Assembly: GCA_043228905.1 (NCBI GenBank)
Contig: JBHGNT010000011.1
Span: 310,001 to 374,000, forward strand
DNA from: Azolla caroliniana
Lineage: Eukaryota; Plantae; Polypodiophyta
Direction: 5' to 3'
DNA length: 64,000 bases
Below are positions 1 through 10,072 of the stretch, one piece after another; the stretch's first letter is position 1; each line of letters starts with the position of its first letter. Under the pieces are notes generated by a model, which saw only the letters and a list, made by a program, of their open reading frames with translations, made no database searches and was not told the origin of the DNA. The translations under genes were made by a program, and so were the position numbers.

Positions 1-258
1 TTGTAACCGCCTCCTGTGGCGAAGATCGTGAGCACGAGGTCGTTGCCTCCGTGAGCTCACTTGTGTAATCATTGTAACATAGTGATAGTTTGCAGCTTGT
101 GGGCTGCCGTGGTTTTTCCCTAGTTTGGGTTTTCCACATAAACATACTGTGTACTCTTCTCTTCACTGTGTCGTGCGTTTCATTCCCTTTTTTTCTGTGT
201 AGGATTCTAAGCTTGGTTGTGACCGAGCGTTGCGCATAGGGAGCGTGTGTTCCTGTCA
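1..258 (+). mobile_element. 3' part of a Copia LTR (same family as solo LTR H), inserted in the 5' LTR of element A; continues left of the window
   Basis: Ends ...GTGTTCCTGTCA at 258; its reverse complement matches the start of LTR H (TGACAGGAAC..., 29120); carries the GTGGTTTTTCCC...GGGTTTTCCAC U5 motif. Confidence 0.85.
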
Positions 259-1077
259 ATATATATATGTCTTCTTATATATATGTATGAAATGACTTAA
301 TATATATATACTAACAGGAAGAATCGTGCTTATTACCAGAGATAGTAATGAGATTCTATAAACCAAAATTTTGTCTCTTCCTTTATCCAATAAATCAGTG
401 GCAATAATGATGATTAAGCCAAGAATCAATATAGATTCCGGAAGTATTGTCAAATCAACGAATGAAAGGGAAAATTAAGTTTTATTCGTAATGAAAATCA
501 AGGTAATATAAGAAACCTTTCTATTATTGTGTTATGCGCAATTGATTGAAGGGTCAACCAAGTGCGTCTGTATGTGGGATAACTCACTAGAAGTAAAACA
601 GTGAGAAAAAGGGGGGAAAATATATATAATGTAAGTGAGTGCATGAGATATACATATATATGTGTGAGCAAAAAACGAGCAGAAATATAAGCGTGACTCA
701 GAGAACGACAGAGTATATACACAGTAGTGGTTGTGTAAGTGCCATATCTCAAAAGCTGAGAGTGAGAAGAAAAGATGTGTGAAATAGAAAAGAAGAGAAA
801 TTAAAACAGAGAAGCTAAGGAGGTTTCGAATGGGAAAGTCATCTACGTATTAGGGTTTGGAATGCTCATCTGAGATTTTGTGGTTTCAGAGAACATTCAG
901 ACCAGATCAGGTGCTTTCATTCTATGGTTGTATTTTTGAATTCCATTATAGTGGGAATTTTCTGTTCCGTGGTTTTTCCCTAAAATCAGGGTTTTCCACG
1001 TAAATCGTGTGTTACTCCTCATTTCCTGTTTGTGTTTAAGTAGATTTCGTAATTTTTGTCTGAGTGAACACTTAGCA
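259..1077 (+). repeat. 5' LTR of element A (left part displaced by the 1-258 insertion; contains a plastid insert)
   Basis: 561-1077 aligns with 39314-39827, with about 30 differences by manual count; ends CTTAGCA before TTC-TGGTATCAGAGC. Confidence 0.92.
319..560 (-). pseudogene. ndhB: Plastid DNA insert (NUPT): 5' end of ndhB plus upstream spacer
   Basis: Minus-strand translation ILPESILILGLIIIIATDLL...RISLLSLVISTIL resembles the NdhB N-terminus; the frame extends up to ACG at 489-487 with an in-frame TAA at 477-475; absent from A's 3' LTR. Confidence 0.8.
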
Positions 1078-1080
1078 TTC

Positions 1081-1092
1081 TGGTATCAGAGC
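1081..1092 (+). promoter_or_regulatory. Primer-binding site (tRNA-iMet) of element A
   Basis: TGGTATCAGAGC, 3 nt after the LTR end. Confidence 0.95.
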
Positions 1093-1103
1093 ATAGGTTC
1101 TAG

Positions 1104-3500
1104 ATGGAAGGGGGTATGAGTGGTTTTTCGGGGATGATTGTCCTAAACTCACAAAACTACTCAGACTGGAAGATCAAAATGGAAGATCTCCTAATAGTCA
1201 AAGACTTGTATGAGCCTATAGAAAATAAAGATATACCAAACGGGGTAATAGAATCGGAGTGGAAAATTCTAAATAGGAAGGCGGTGGCAACTATAAGACA
1301 ATGTGTAGACATTAACGTCCTACAACATGTAGCAAGTGATGTTGAGAAATTGTTGCGGAATAAATCACAAAAGTCAAATACGAATCACAAATCTGCCACA
1401 CAAGACACAATAAACAGTCATACACAGAGATTTACGTGGAAACCCTAAAACGGGGAAAACCATGGGTGAACAATTCTTCACTATCTGAATAGTGGATATA
1501 CAAAACAGAATATTACAACACTCTCTCTGAGTGTATCAGCCGCACAAGGCTCTTCACGTCTGCTGTTATACACACAACTATGGCACGGCTTTCACTTCAC
1601 TCTCTCTCTTTGCACACTAACGCGTAACTCTACTTCTGTTCAACTACTGTTCTACATGACTTAAAGTTTTTGCCCTAGTTGCATATATACTTACACAACC
1701 TTCTGGCTATTTACATACGTAGCCCTCATGAGGCGTACACTTAGACTATTTACAAATATAGCCTTTCGAGTTGGCTATTTACACAATTTCGGTTTCAGCA
1801 TTGGTCAGTCCTTCATCAACTCGGTTCTTGTCTTCGACTGTCAGCTTTCTGAACAGTCGGATCTTCTTCCCACTGGACGGACAAATTCCCAACAAGTGAT
1901 ACCAATTCCTTTGAGCTATGGCATAAACTCTCTGCCCTCTATGAAAGGAAAAATGCCTTAAATAAAACTTTCTTGATGAGGAAGATAGTGAGCTTGAAGT
2001 ACGTAGATGGGGAGAGCATTGTAGAGCACATCAGTACTTTTATGGGACTGGTGAATCAGCTAGCCTCAACGAAGTTCCCATTAGATGATGTTATGTAGGC
2101 CACACTACTATTATGTACTCTACCGGATAGTTGGGAAAACCTAATAGTGACACTCAACACTTCATGTAAAGAAGACAACTTATCTTTACAAGTAGTAAAG
2201 ACGAGTATTTTAAATGAAGAGACAAGAAAGAAGGATAAAAGTGCCTTGTCTCAATCGGAAGCTAACGTGACCCAAGAACTTAGTAGAGGAAGAAGAGAAC
2301 ATAGAAGTCCAGAAAATGGAGATAGAATTTATGCAAGGTCGAAATCTAGAGGAAGACCCACATGCTTCTATTGTGGGAATCCTGGTCACTTCCAAAAGAA
2401 TTATCGACACCTGAGGAAGGACAAAGGCATGGCTGATGAGATCGAACCTAGAAAAATTTCTGATGATAAAAATACCTCAACCATTGCAACTACTGAAGAA
2501 GAGATGTTATTCACATGTGAACAAGGTAGTGTGAATCTTGCAAGTGCTGAGAGTTCATGGGTAGTGGATTTTGGTGCATCATTTCACCGAACTCCCAAAA
2601 GAGAATGCTTCTCATCTTACACAACGGGTGACTATGGCTATGTAAGGATGGGAAATGACGATGAATGCAAGATTGTGGGCATAGGAACTGTGTGCTTGCT
2701 AACATCTACTAGTTGCAGATTAATGTTGAAGGAGGTACACCATGTTCCGGATGTCAGACTGAATCTGATATCGGCTGGACGACTAGACGATGAAGGCTAC
2801 AGTGGTGGCTTTCGAAATGGTACATGGAAGTTCTGTAAAGGGAGCCTGATCGTGGCTCGAGCCCAAAAACAGAACACGTTGTATGTAATGCATGCTAAGT
2901 TGTGCCGAGATGAAGCAAATGTAGTGATTGGTTCAGATGGTGAGTTGTGGCATAAAAGGCTCGAACACATGAGCAAAAGGGGAATGCATATTCTTGCGGA
3001 AAAGGATTTTCTACCCGAGGTGAAAGGAATACACTTGGAAAAGTGTGTGGACTACTTGGCTGGAAAGCAGAATAGGACAACCTTTCACTCCAGACCTCGG
3101 ATGAGAAGAGAGGATGTTTTAGGGTTGGTTCACACAAATGTGTGCTATGTGGATGCCGCATCACATCGTGGAGGACAATATTTTGTCACATTTATTGATG
3201 ACTTTAGTAGGAAGGTGTGGGCTTATGTGGCTTATGTGCTAGTGTCTAAGGACCAAGTGTTGTCGGACTTTAAAGAGTTTCATGCAAGGGTGGAAAGAGA
3301 ACCTGGACAGAAGATGAAGGCTGTCCGGACAGATAACGGTGGTGAGTATAGAGGCCAATTTGAGATGTATTGCAAGACTCAAGGCATCAAACTTGAGTAT
3401 ACGGTGCCGAAGACACCTGAGCTAAATGGACTAGTAGAAAGAATGAATCAGACCATAATGGAAAGGGTAAGAAGCATGTTGGCACATGCAAAATTGCCAA
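1104..3500 (+). pseudogene. Element A gag-protease-integrase (N-terminal part), split by a solo LTR, with a stop near 2097
   Basis: NYSDWKIKMEDLL gag motif, CFYCGNPGHFQKNY zinc knuckle, WVVDFGASFH (decayed DSGA), LWHKRL, FIDDFSRK, RTDNGGEY, PELNGLVERMN. Confidence 0.93.
1340..1894 (-). mobile_element. Solo Copia LTR (555 bp)
   Basis: TGTTG...CAACA termini; TSD AGTGA at 1335-1339 and 1895-1899; U5 motif in reverse (GTGGAAAACCC...GGGGAAAACCA). Confidence 0.93.
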
Positions 3501-3970
3501 TTTTAGAGACATGCACTAATGTAAGCATAAAATAAGGATAGAAAATAGTTAGATAGGTAGATCTAGATAGAGAGGAGAGAGAGAAAGAAGGGTGCCGATC
3601 CACCCGACCACCCCCGAGCGAAGGGATCGAGACGGACTCGAGCCTCGATCGGCGTCCCATACCACCGCCTTGGCGTCGAGTTATACCTGGTGCTAGCGTG
3701 CTCGCTACAAGAGTCGAACCACTCCTGGACAGAGTCTCGACGTAGTCAATTGATCCTGAAATGAGGGTAGCTAGGCCTCTTATTTATAGCGATACCCAAG
3801 GCCCCCAACCATGTTCACACTTGGCCTAATGGGTTGTCTCAATCTCGAGGATTAAAAGTAATCCTCCCCTTCTTTACACTCTTGTTTAACCCTCACACTT
3901 ATCCACGTGTATAGAAAGAATACTACGGTAAATTCTCACCATGGGATATTATATGGTCATGCTCGTAACA
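3501..3970 (-). repeat. 3' LTR of element B
   Basis: Direct repeat of 13666-14131, about 16 differences by manual count. Confidence 0.93.
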
Positions 3971-6591
3971 TACTCCCCCTCTTTAAAACATTGCACTCTT
4001 GTAATGGAAAGTTAGGGAAGTTTGTTCTTAGAGTATTTTTGCATTCCCATGTGGCATCTTTTATTGATTTATCCATCCATTTTATTTTAAATTCTCGGAT
4101 TTCTTTAGTACGTAATTTTTTTGTTTTAAAATTGAGAATTCTTTCTGGTACATGTGGTTTAGAAGATAAATCTTCAAAAGTAACCAGAGTTTCAATTGTA
4201 ACTGTATTGTCGCCAGAACCTAGAAGTTCTTTTAGGTGACTTACATGAAAGACTGGATGAGTTCCAACACCATCGGGAAGAGCGAGACGATATGTTAATG
4301 ACCTAATGCGTTTGAGGACTGTAAATGGTCCACAAAACCGTGGGGCTAACTTAGCGCACTTACATGTAGACAATGTCTTAGAATTGTGAGGTACACGTAA
4401 AAATACCTTCTGTCAAGGGCTGAATACACGAGGTTGCCTATGATGACCGGCATAAAAACGCGCTCTATCTTGAGCTGTTTTTATATTATCTCGTGCAATA
4501 TGCAACGTATCTTGCATATCCCGAAGAAAGTTTTGCGTACTTCGCAACTCATCGTGATATATATTAACATCAATCGGGGCTTGTGGCTGAAAACCATACA
4601 TCAACATAAAAGGACTATATCCAGTCGATGTATGCTTAGAGCTGTTATAAACAAACTCCAAAATTGGGAGATAACGTTCCCATTTTGTTGGTTTTGCACC
4701 AACGTATGCTCGAAGCATGTCCTCAATAATTTGATTTGATCGTTTTTGTTTGTCCATTGGATTGAGGATGATCCGTGGAGCTCACGTTCAACGTAGTTTC
4801 TAACTTCTTAAAGACTTGCGTCCAAAAGTCACTAGTAAACTTTGGATCTCGATCACTCACAATATCCATCGGTAACCCATAAAAACGAAATAACTTGTGA
4901 ACGAATTGGTAAGCCAATTCAGGAGTTGTTACCGTGGTTTTAGTAGCAATAAACCTGGCCATTTTAGTTAGTTTGTCAACCACAACCCAGATGACATCAT
5001 GAACTTTTTGGGTGCGAGGTAGGCTAACAATAAAATCTATGGATATACTTTCCCACTTATTATTGGGAATGTCCAAGGGATGTAAAAGTCCTGCAACATT
5101 AAGTCTCTCGGCTTTGTTAACCTGACATTGGTGACATTTAGTCACATAACTATGTATGTCAGGATGCATCTTAGGCAAATAAAATTGAGTGGAGATGAGA
5201 AGGAGTGTACGATGTATTCCAGGGTGCCCTGCTGAAGGTGCATCATGGCATTAAAAAAGAATCCTCTTTTTGACCTTGGGTAAATCTGGAACACAAACCT
5301 TCCCATTACGGTAGAGCAGACCGTTAGCAATGTGGAAGTATTCCTTCGAGGATGTGGTGGTGTCTATTCCAGACTCAACTCTTGCCCATTATTTCGCAAA
5401 ATAACTGTCATCAGGATACTTTCCTCGAAGGTGATCATAAAGATCTGATGTTATTTTAGTAAATCTAAGCATGTTAACTTCACAAATGCGACTTAGTGCA
5501 TCAACGACAGTATTCATGGAACCTTTACGATATCATATGGAAAAATCAAAGCCTTGGATGAGATCAGCCCATTGTGCCTTATGACCTTTCAGGTCTTGTT
5601 GGTCACCAAAATATTTCAAGGACTCGTGGTCCGTAGTTACCACAAAGCGATTTCCATAAAGATAATAACGCCATGTTTTGAGCGCATGTATAACTGCAAA
5701 TAATTCCTTTTCTTGAACGGTATACCGACATTTAGCAAAATCAAGTTTCTTACTCTCGAATGCTATTGGTTTACCATCTTGATATAAGACAACACCTATA
5801 GTATAATCGCTTGCATCGGTTTCAACCTCAAAAGGTTTTGAAGGATCGGGTAAAAGAAGTGAAGGAGCCTTGCAAACTAGGTCCTTGATTTCCTTAAAGG
5901 CGAGGTCTAGTGTAGCATTCCATACAATAGGTTTTGTAGACTTACGTGTTTGACCTTTTAGAAGATCAGTAAATGGCGTCGTCAATTGGGAGTAATTACG
6001 AAGAGATTTTCGCAAAAACCCGACATAACCAAGGAATGATTGAACTTCTCGAGTATTCCGAAGAGTGGGCCAAAGTTTGATTTTCTCGATGCGAGAAGGA
6101 TCAATTTCAACTCCTCGTTCGGTTATGAGATGTCCAACTCCTCGTTCTCGAGTATTCCGAAGAGTGGGCCAAAGTTTGATTTTCTCGATGCGAGAAGGAT
6201 CAATTTCAACTCCTCGTTCGGTTATGAGATGTCCAAGATAAGTAATTGATTTCTTGAAGAACTCACATTTCAAGATCTTCGTGTAAAACAACGCAATATT
6301 TGTAAAACAAAGCGGACATGTCTAGCATGTTCTTGTAATGTACAGCTATAAACTAAAATATCATCCAAGAAATCAACGACAAATTTTCCAAGTTGTTCTC
6401 GGAAAATGTCATTCATTTCTTGTTGAAATGTAGCCGGAGCATTGGTCAAACCAAAAGGCATAACCAGAAACTCATAATGGCCATAGCGCGTACGAAATGC
6501 TGTTTTAGGAACATCGTCCTCACTTATACGTATTTGATGGTAGCCAGTACGAAGATCAAGTTTCGTAAAATACTGAGCTCCCTGGAGACGG
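3957..6591 (-). pseudogene. Element B pol, 3' part: RT C-half, RNase H, integrase, chromodomain (frameshifted)
   Basis: [69 protein letters not shown]...FKIKWMDKSIKDATWE. Confidence 0.93.
6046..6236. repeat. 92-bp direct duplication with a 7-bp filler (99-bp period) in B pol
   Basis: 6046-6137 = 6145-6236; the peptide GHLITERGVEIDPSRIEKIKLWPTLRNTRE appears twice in frame. Confidence 0.92.
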
Positions 6592-7216
6592 TGTCGTGAC
6601 GATTTTCGGCTACGGTGTGAAACCGAGTGAGACGAATAAACCAAGGATGTGCAACATTGCACATACACTTAGCAAATAAGCCTCCTAAGGCCTAGTGGCA
6701 CTTGAGTTCATATAGAGGGGTGCAAGCAAGGTTTGAACCTTGCACCTCTAAGATACAAGATAATTGCCTTGCCACTAGGACAACTATCATATAGTGTAGA
6801 TTGTATGTATTTCCTTTTGATATACAAATTATAGACGAAACAACCATAGAAAACCATGTGCACAAAACCATGGTTTTAAACCCATGGTTTGTGCATGACA
6901 TAAGCAAAACCGTGTGCACAAAACCATGGTTTTAGCCCATGGTTATGTGCATGTCACGAGCATGGAAAGACCTATAAAAGCCTCTAGTTGGGCTTGTGTA
7001 AGGGGGGCTCAATATGTGATATCACCAACACCATTATCATCAATATAATTATATTTGTCTTTATCTTCTTCATTATTTTCTTCTTCTCAAGTGAACAAAT
7101 TCCGTCTAATCTTACATTGATTGTCATCTAGCGTCGATAATTCCGTGATCATCCTCCCCAGTCCAAGACCCCGGTGGTCGCTCGAGTAGCACACGCACGC
7201 GCGAATCTTCGCGACA
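6592..7216 (+). repeat. 5' LTR of element C
   Basis: Identical on reading to 9448-10072; TATAAAA near 6973. Confidence 0.95.
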
Positions 7217-7221
7217 TCATT

Positions 7222-7239
7222 TGGTGAACCCGACGTGAA
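7222..7239 (+). promoter_or_regulatory. Primer-binding site complementary to cytosolic tRNA-Trp
   Basis: TGGTGAACCCGACGTGAA is the reverse complement of the plant tRNA-Trp 3' end (...TTCACGTCGGGTTCACCA, recalled sequence). Confidence 0.88.
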
Positions 7240-7260
7240 GAGCAGCAGGGGAGGACGAAG

Positions 7261-9486
7261 ATGGATGGCGAATATCTCATGGAGGCAATGGCAAGAAGGA
7301 TGATGGAGTTTCTGAGAGAAGAGAAAAGAAGAAATGAAGCCCAACAAGCCGTCGACAAAGTAGTCGAACGAATGAGCTATTTCAACGGTGCCGATGTCCA
7401 AAGTTTCCTAAAAGTCTACAATGCGGAGATGGATTCAAGAGGTGTGGACAAAGCTATGAGGCTAGAGTTCTTTTATCGGGTGGTGTCTCAACCGATCTTC
7501 AAAGATGTAGAAGAGCTTCTAGAAGCTCATGATTCGTGGGCGACTTTTGAGAAGGCTCTATTGGAGGAATATGACTATGAGAGACTAAAGGGACAAGATC
7601 GACGCAACTTCGACCAATGGGTGGCATCAGCGAAGACCCACCAAGGCGCAACACAAGCATTCGTAGACTTCGAGCATCATTTTTCTCAATTGTCGGAGCG
7701 GGAACAAAGATTGGTGGGGGTCGATAAGGTCCTTATGTTCGTGAAGTCAATCGATCGAATGGAAAGGATGGCGATCGGCCTCAAACTCGAAGAAGATGAC
7801 GGTGCAAATGGACTCATCGAGGATTGGAGCAAAGTGGAAAGTGTATGCCGACTACACGATAAGGGGCAAGCGAGAATATCAACGACAACAAGACGGCCCA
7901 TGAGGGATGATCGAAGAGGGACGAGATGCAACAACGCACCACCAACAAAAGAAATGAAGCTTAGAAGGGAGACAAAACCGAGGCGAATGGTGATCGAGGA
8001 AGAAGAGACCTCCCAACAAATGCGGGTTAATGAAGTGGCCGATACAAAGGCTCTGGTTCGGTATGACGGTACCGAGAGAGAAGGTGTGAAACAAGTCACC
8101 TTCTTGTCTTACAAAGAAACGACGGCGAAGGAGGAGGCCGATGACTCGAGGACGGCGAACGCCACTTCGAGGGAGGATAAATGTTTCGGAACACGCATTG
8201 TGTACGAAACATCGGGTGATGACGGCGCAAGCATGAGAAAAGCTTGCATGATCGAGGGAGAAAAAGTGTTTGAGTCTGAAGAGATTGAGGAGGTAGCCAT
8301 GACAAACGACATCGAGTCGGAGGTGGCTATGGACGAGTCGACAACGGATAGCCATGTCAAGACTTTCTCCACGATTGTTCCAGAGACTTCGGCGGTTGCG
8401 CCCATGTGCCAACGTGAGACCGGAGAGACGGAAGGTGGTGACGGGAAGACAAAGGCCCAACACAAGGAGGAAGAAGGTCGAGGAAGAAAGGATATCCCCA
8501 CACCTATTCTAGAGACTTCGGCGGTTGTGCACGTGCGCCAACGTGAGACCGGAGAGACGGAATGTGTGGACAAAAAAGAGGACGACCGGAAGGGCGATGA
8601 AGAAGACAAAGTAAATGTGCATGAGCGAAGGGATTCCTTCACACCGGTTCCGGAGACTTCGGCAGTCGAGACCGTGTGTCGGCATAAGACCGAAGATAAA
8701 GGAGGTGGCGAAGAGGAGACAATATGGCTCGCGGCGAGCATACACGAAGGGAAGGATATGGCCGACGAGCAGGCCAAGGATGAAGCCGCGGTTGAGTTCG
8801 ATGGAGAGGTTACATGCGGGGAGGAAGGAAGAGTCGAGAACCGGTCGAACCGGAAGACGATCCGGCCGGGATTCCGACCCGAACGAACGAAGATCCACAT
8901 GGGAGCCGATCGACCGGGGCCGACCCGGCCGAAACCTGATTCGGCGAAAATCGATCGGACGATTACGATCCAAAAGGAGGCCGACCCAGCCAGAATCAAT
9001 CGGTCGAGCCCGACCCGGGGAAATGTGAATGCAGACGAAGGCCAACCAAGCCAAGAAGCGATCGGTGGAGACCGATCCGGACAAGGGCAAACCCGGCCTA
9101 ATCGGAGATCGACACAAACGATCTACAATACCCAGTTGAAGACGGTGAGCGTGAGGAGTGACCAGGAGTCCAATCGAAGGACACGCGCGGTGGACGAAGG
9201 AAGAGCGGTCGTATCGACGACATCGTTCGGTAGATCTACTACAACCGATCGGGGAAGAAGGTGTGAGCGCCGGATATGGTGGATCGGGTGGCTACGGTGG
9301 TTCGGTTGGAAAGATTGCGCATACTCGAAGTGGAAGACGAAGTCAACGAGCGTGCAGAGGAACTCGGTTGATCACCGTTGCCAAAGATCTCACCTCTTCA
9401 CCTTTCTCGGCACATACCGGAGGATGTGCGGGTTTGGTGGGGGTGGATGTCGTGACGATTTTCGGCTACGGTGTGAAACCGAGTGA
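7261..9486 (+). CDS. 741-aa Gag-like protein with a long acidic, repetitive C-terminal extension
   Basis: Uninterrupted ORF starting just after the PBS; N-terminal YFNGADVQSFLKVYNAEM...RLEFFYRVV...SWATFEKALLEEY looks like a Gypsy capsid-type Gag; three PETSAV...RETGETE-type repeats; stop lies inside the 3' LTR. Confidence 0.8.
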   Translation: MDGEYLMEAMARRMMEFLREEKRRNEAQQAVDKVVERMSYFNGADVQSFLKVYNAEMDSRGVDKAMRLEFFYRVVSQPIFKDVEELLEAHDSWATFEKALLEEYDYERLKGQDRRNFDQWVASAKTHQGATQAFVDFEHHFSQLSEREQRLVGVDKVLMFVKSIDRMERMAIGLKLEEDDGANGLIEDWSKVESVCRLHDKGQARISTTTRRPMRDDRRGTRCNNAPPTKEMKLRRETKPRRMVIEEEETSQQMRVNEVADTKALVRYDGTEREGVKQVTFLSYKETTAKEEADDSRTANATSREDKCFGTRIVYETSGDDGASMRKACMIEGEKVFESEEIEEVAMTNDIESEVAMDESTTDSHVKTFSTIVPETSAVAPMCQRETGETEGGDGKTKAQHKEEEGRGRKDIPTPILETSAVVHVRQRETGETECVDKKEDDRKGDEEDKVNVHERRDSFTPVPETSAVETVCRHKTEDKGGGEEETIWLAASIHEGKDMADEQAKDEAAVEFDGEVTCGEEGRVENRSNRKTIRPGFRPERTKIHMGADRPGPTRPKPDSAKIDRTITIQKEADPARINRSSPTRGNVNADEGQPSQEAIGGDRSGQGQTRPNRRSTQTIYNTQLKTVSVRSDQESNRRTRAVDEGRAVVSTTSFGRSTTTDRGRRCERRIWWIGWLRWFGWKDCAYSKWKTKSTSVQRNSVDHRCQRSHLFTFLGTYRRMCGFGGGGCRDDFRLRCETE

Positions 9487-10072
9487 GACGAATAAACCAA
9501 GGATGTGCAACATTGCACATACACTTAGCAAATAAGCCTCCTAAGGCCTAGTGGCACTTGAGTTCATATAGAGGGGTGCAAGCAAGGTTTGAACCTTGCA
9601 CCTCTAAGATACAAGATAATTGCCTTGCCACTAGGACAACTATCATATAGTGTAGATTGTATGTATTTCCTTTTGATATACAAATTATAGACGAAACAAC
9701 CATAGAAAACCATGTGCACAAAACCATGGTTTTAAACCCATGGTTTGTGCATGACATAAGCAAAACCGTGTGCACAAAACCATGGTTTTAGCCCATGGTT
9801 ATGTGCATGTCACGAGCATGGAAAGACCTATAAAAGCCTCTAGTTGGGCTTGTGTAAGGGGGGCTCAATATGTGATATCACCAACACCATTATCATCAAT
9901 ATAATTATATTTGTCTTTATCTTCTTCATTATTTTCTTCTTCTCAAGTGAACAAATTCCGTCTAATCTTACATTGATTGTCATCTAGCGTCGATAATTCC
10001 GTGATCATCCTCCCCAGTCCAAGACCCCGGTGGTCGCTCGAGTAGCACACGCACGCGCGAATCTTCGCGACA
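9448..10072 (+). repeat. 3' LTR of element C
   Basis: Direct repeat of 6592-7216. Confidence 0.95.

Larger units (their letters stand above)
6592..10072 (+). mobile_element. Element C: young non-autonomous Gag-only LTR retrotransposon (TR-GAG-like)
   Basis: 625-bp LTRs at 6592-7216 and 9448-10072 with no differences seen; TGTCG...CGACA termini; 4-bp TSD ACGG (6588-6591, 10073-10076); PBS-Trp; PPT-like tract 9431-9447; single ORF, no pol motifs. Confidence 0.95.
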
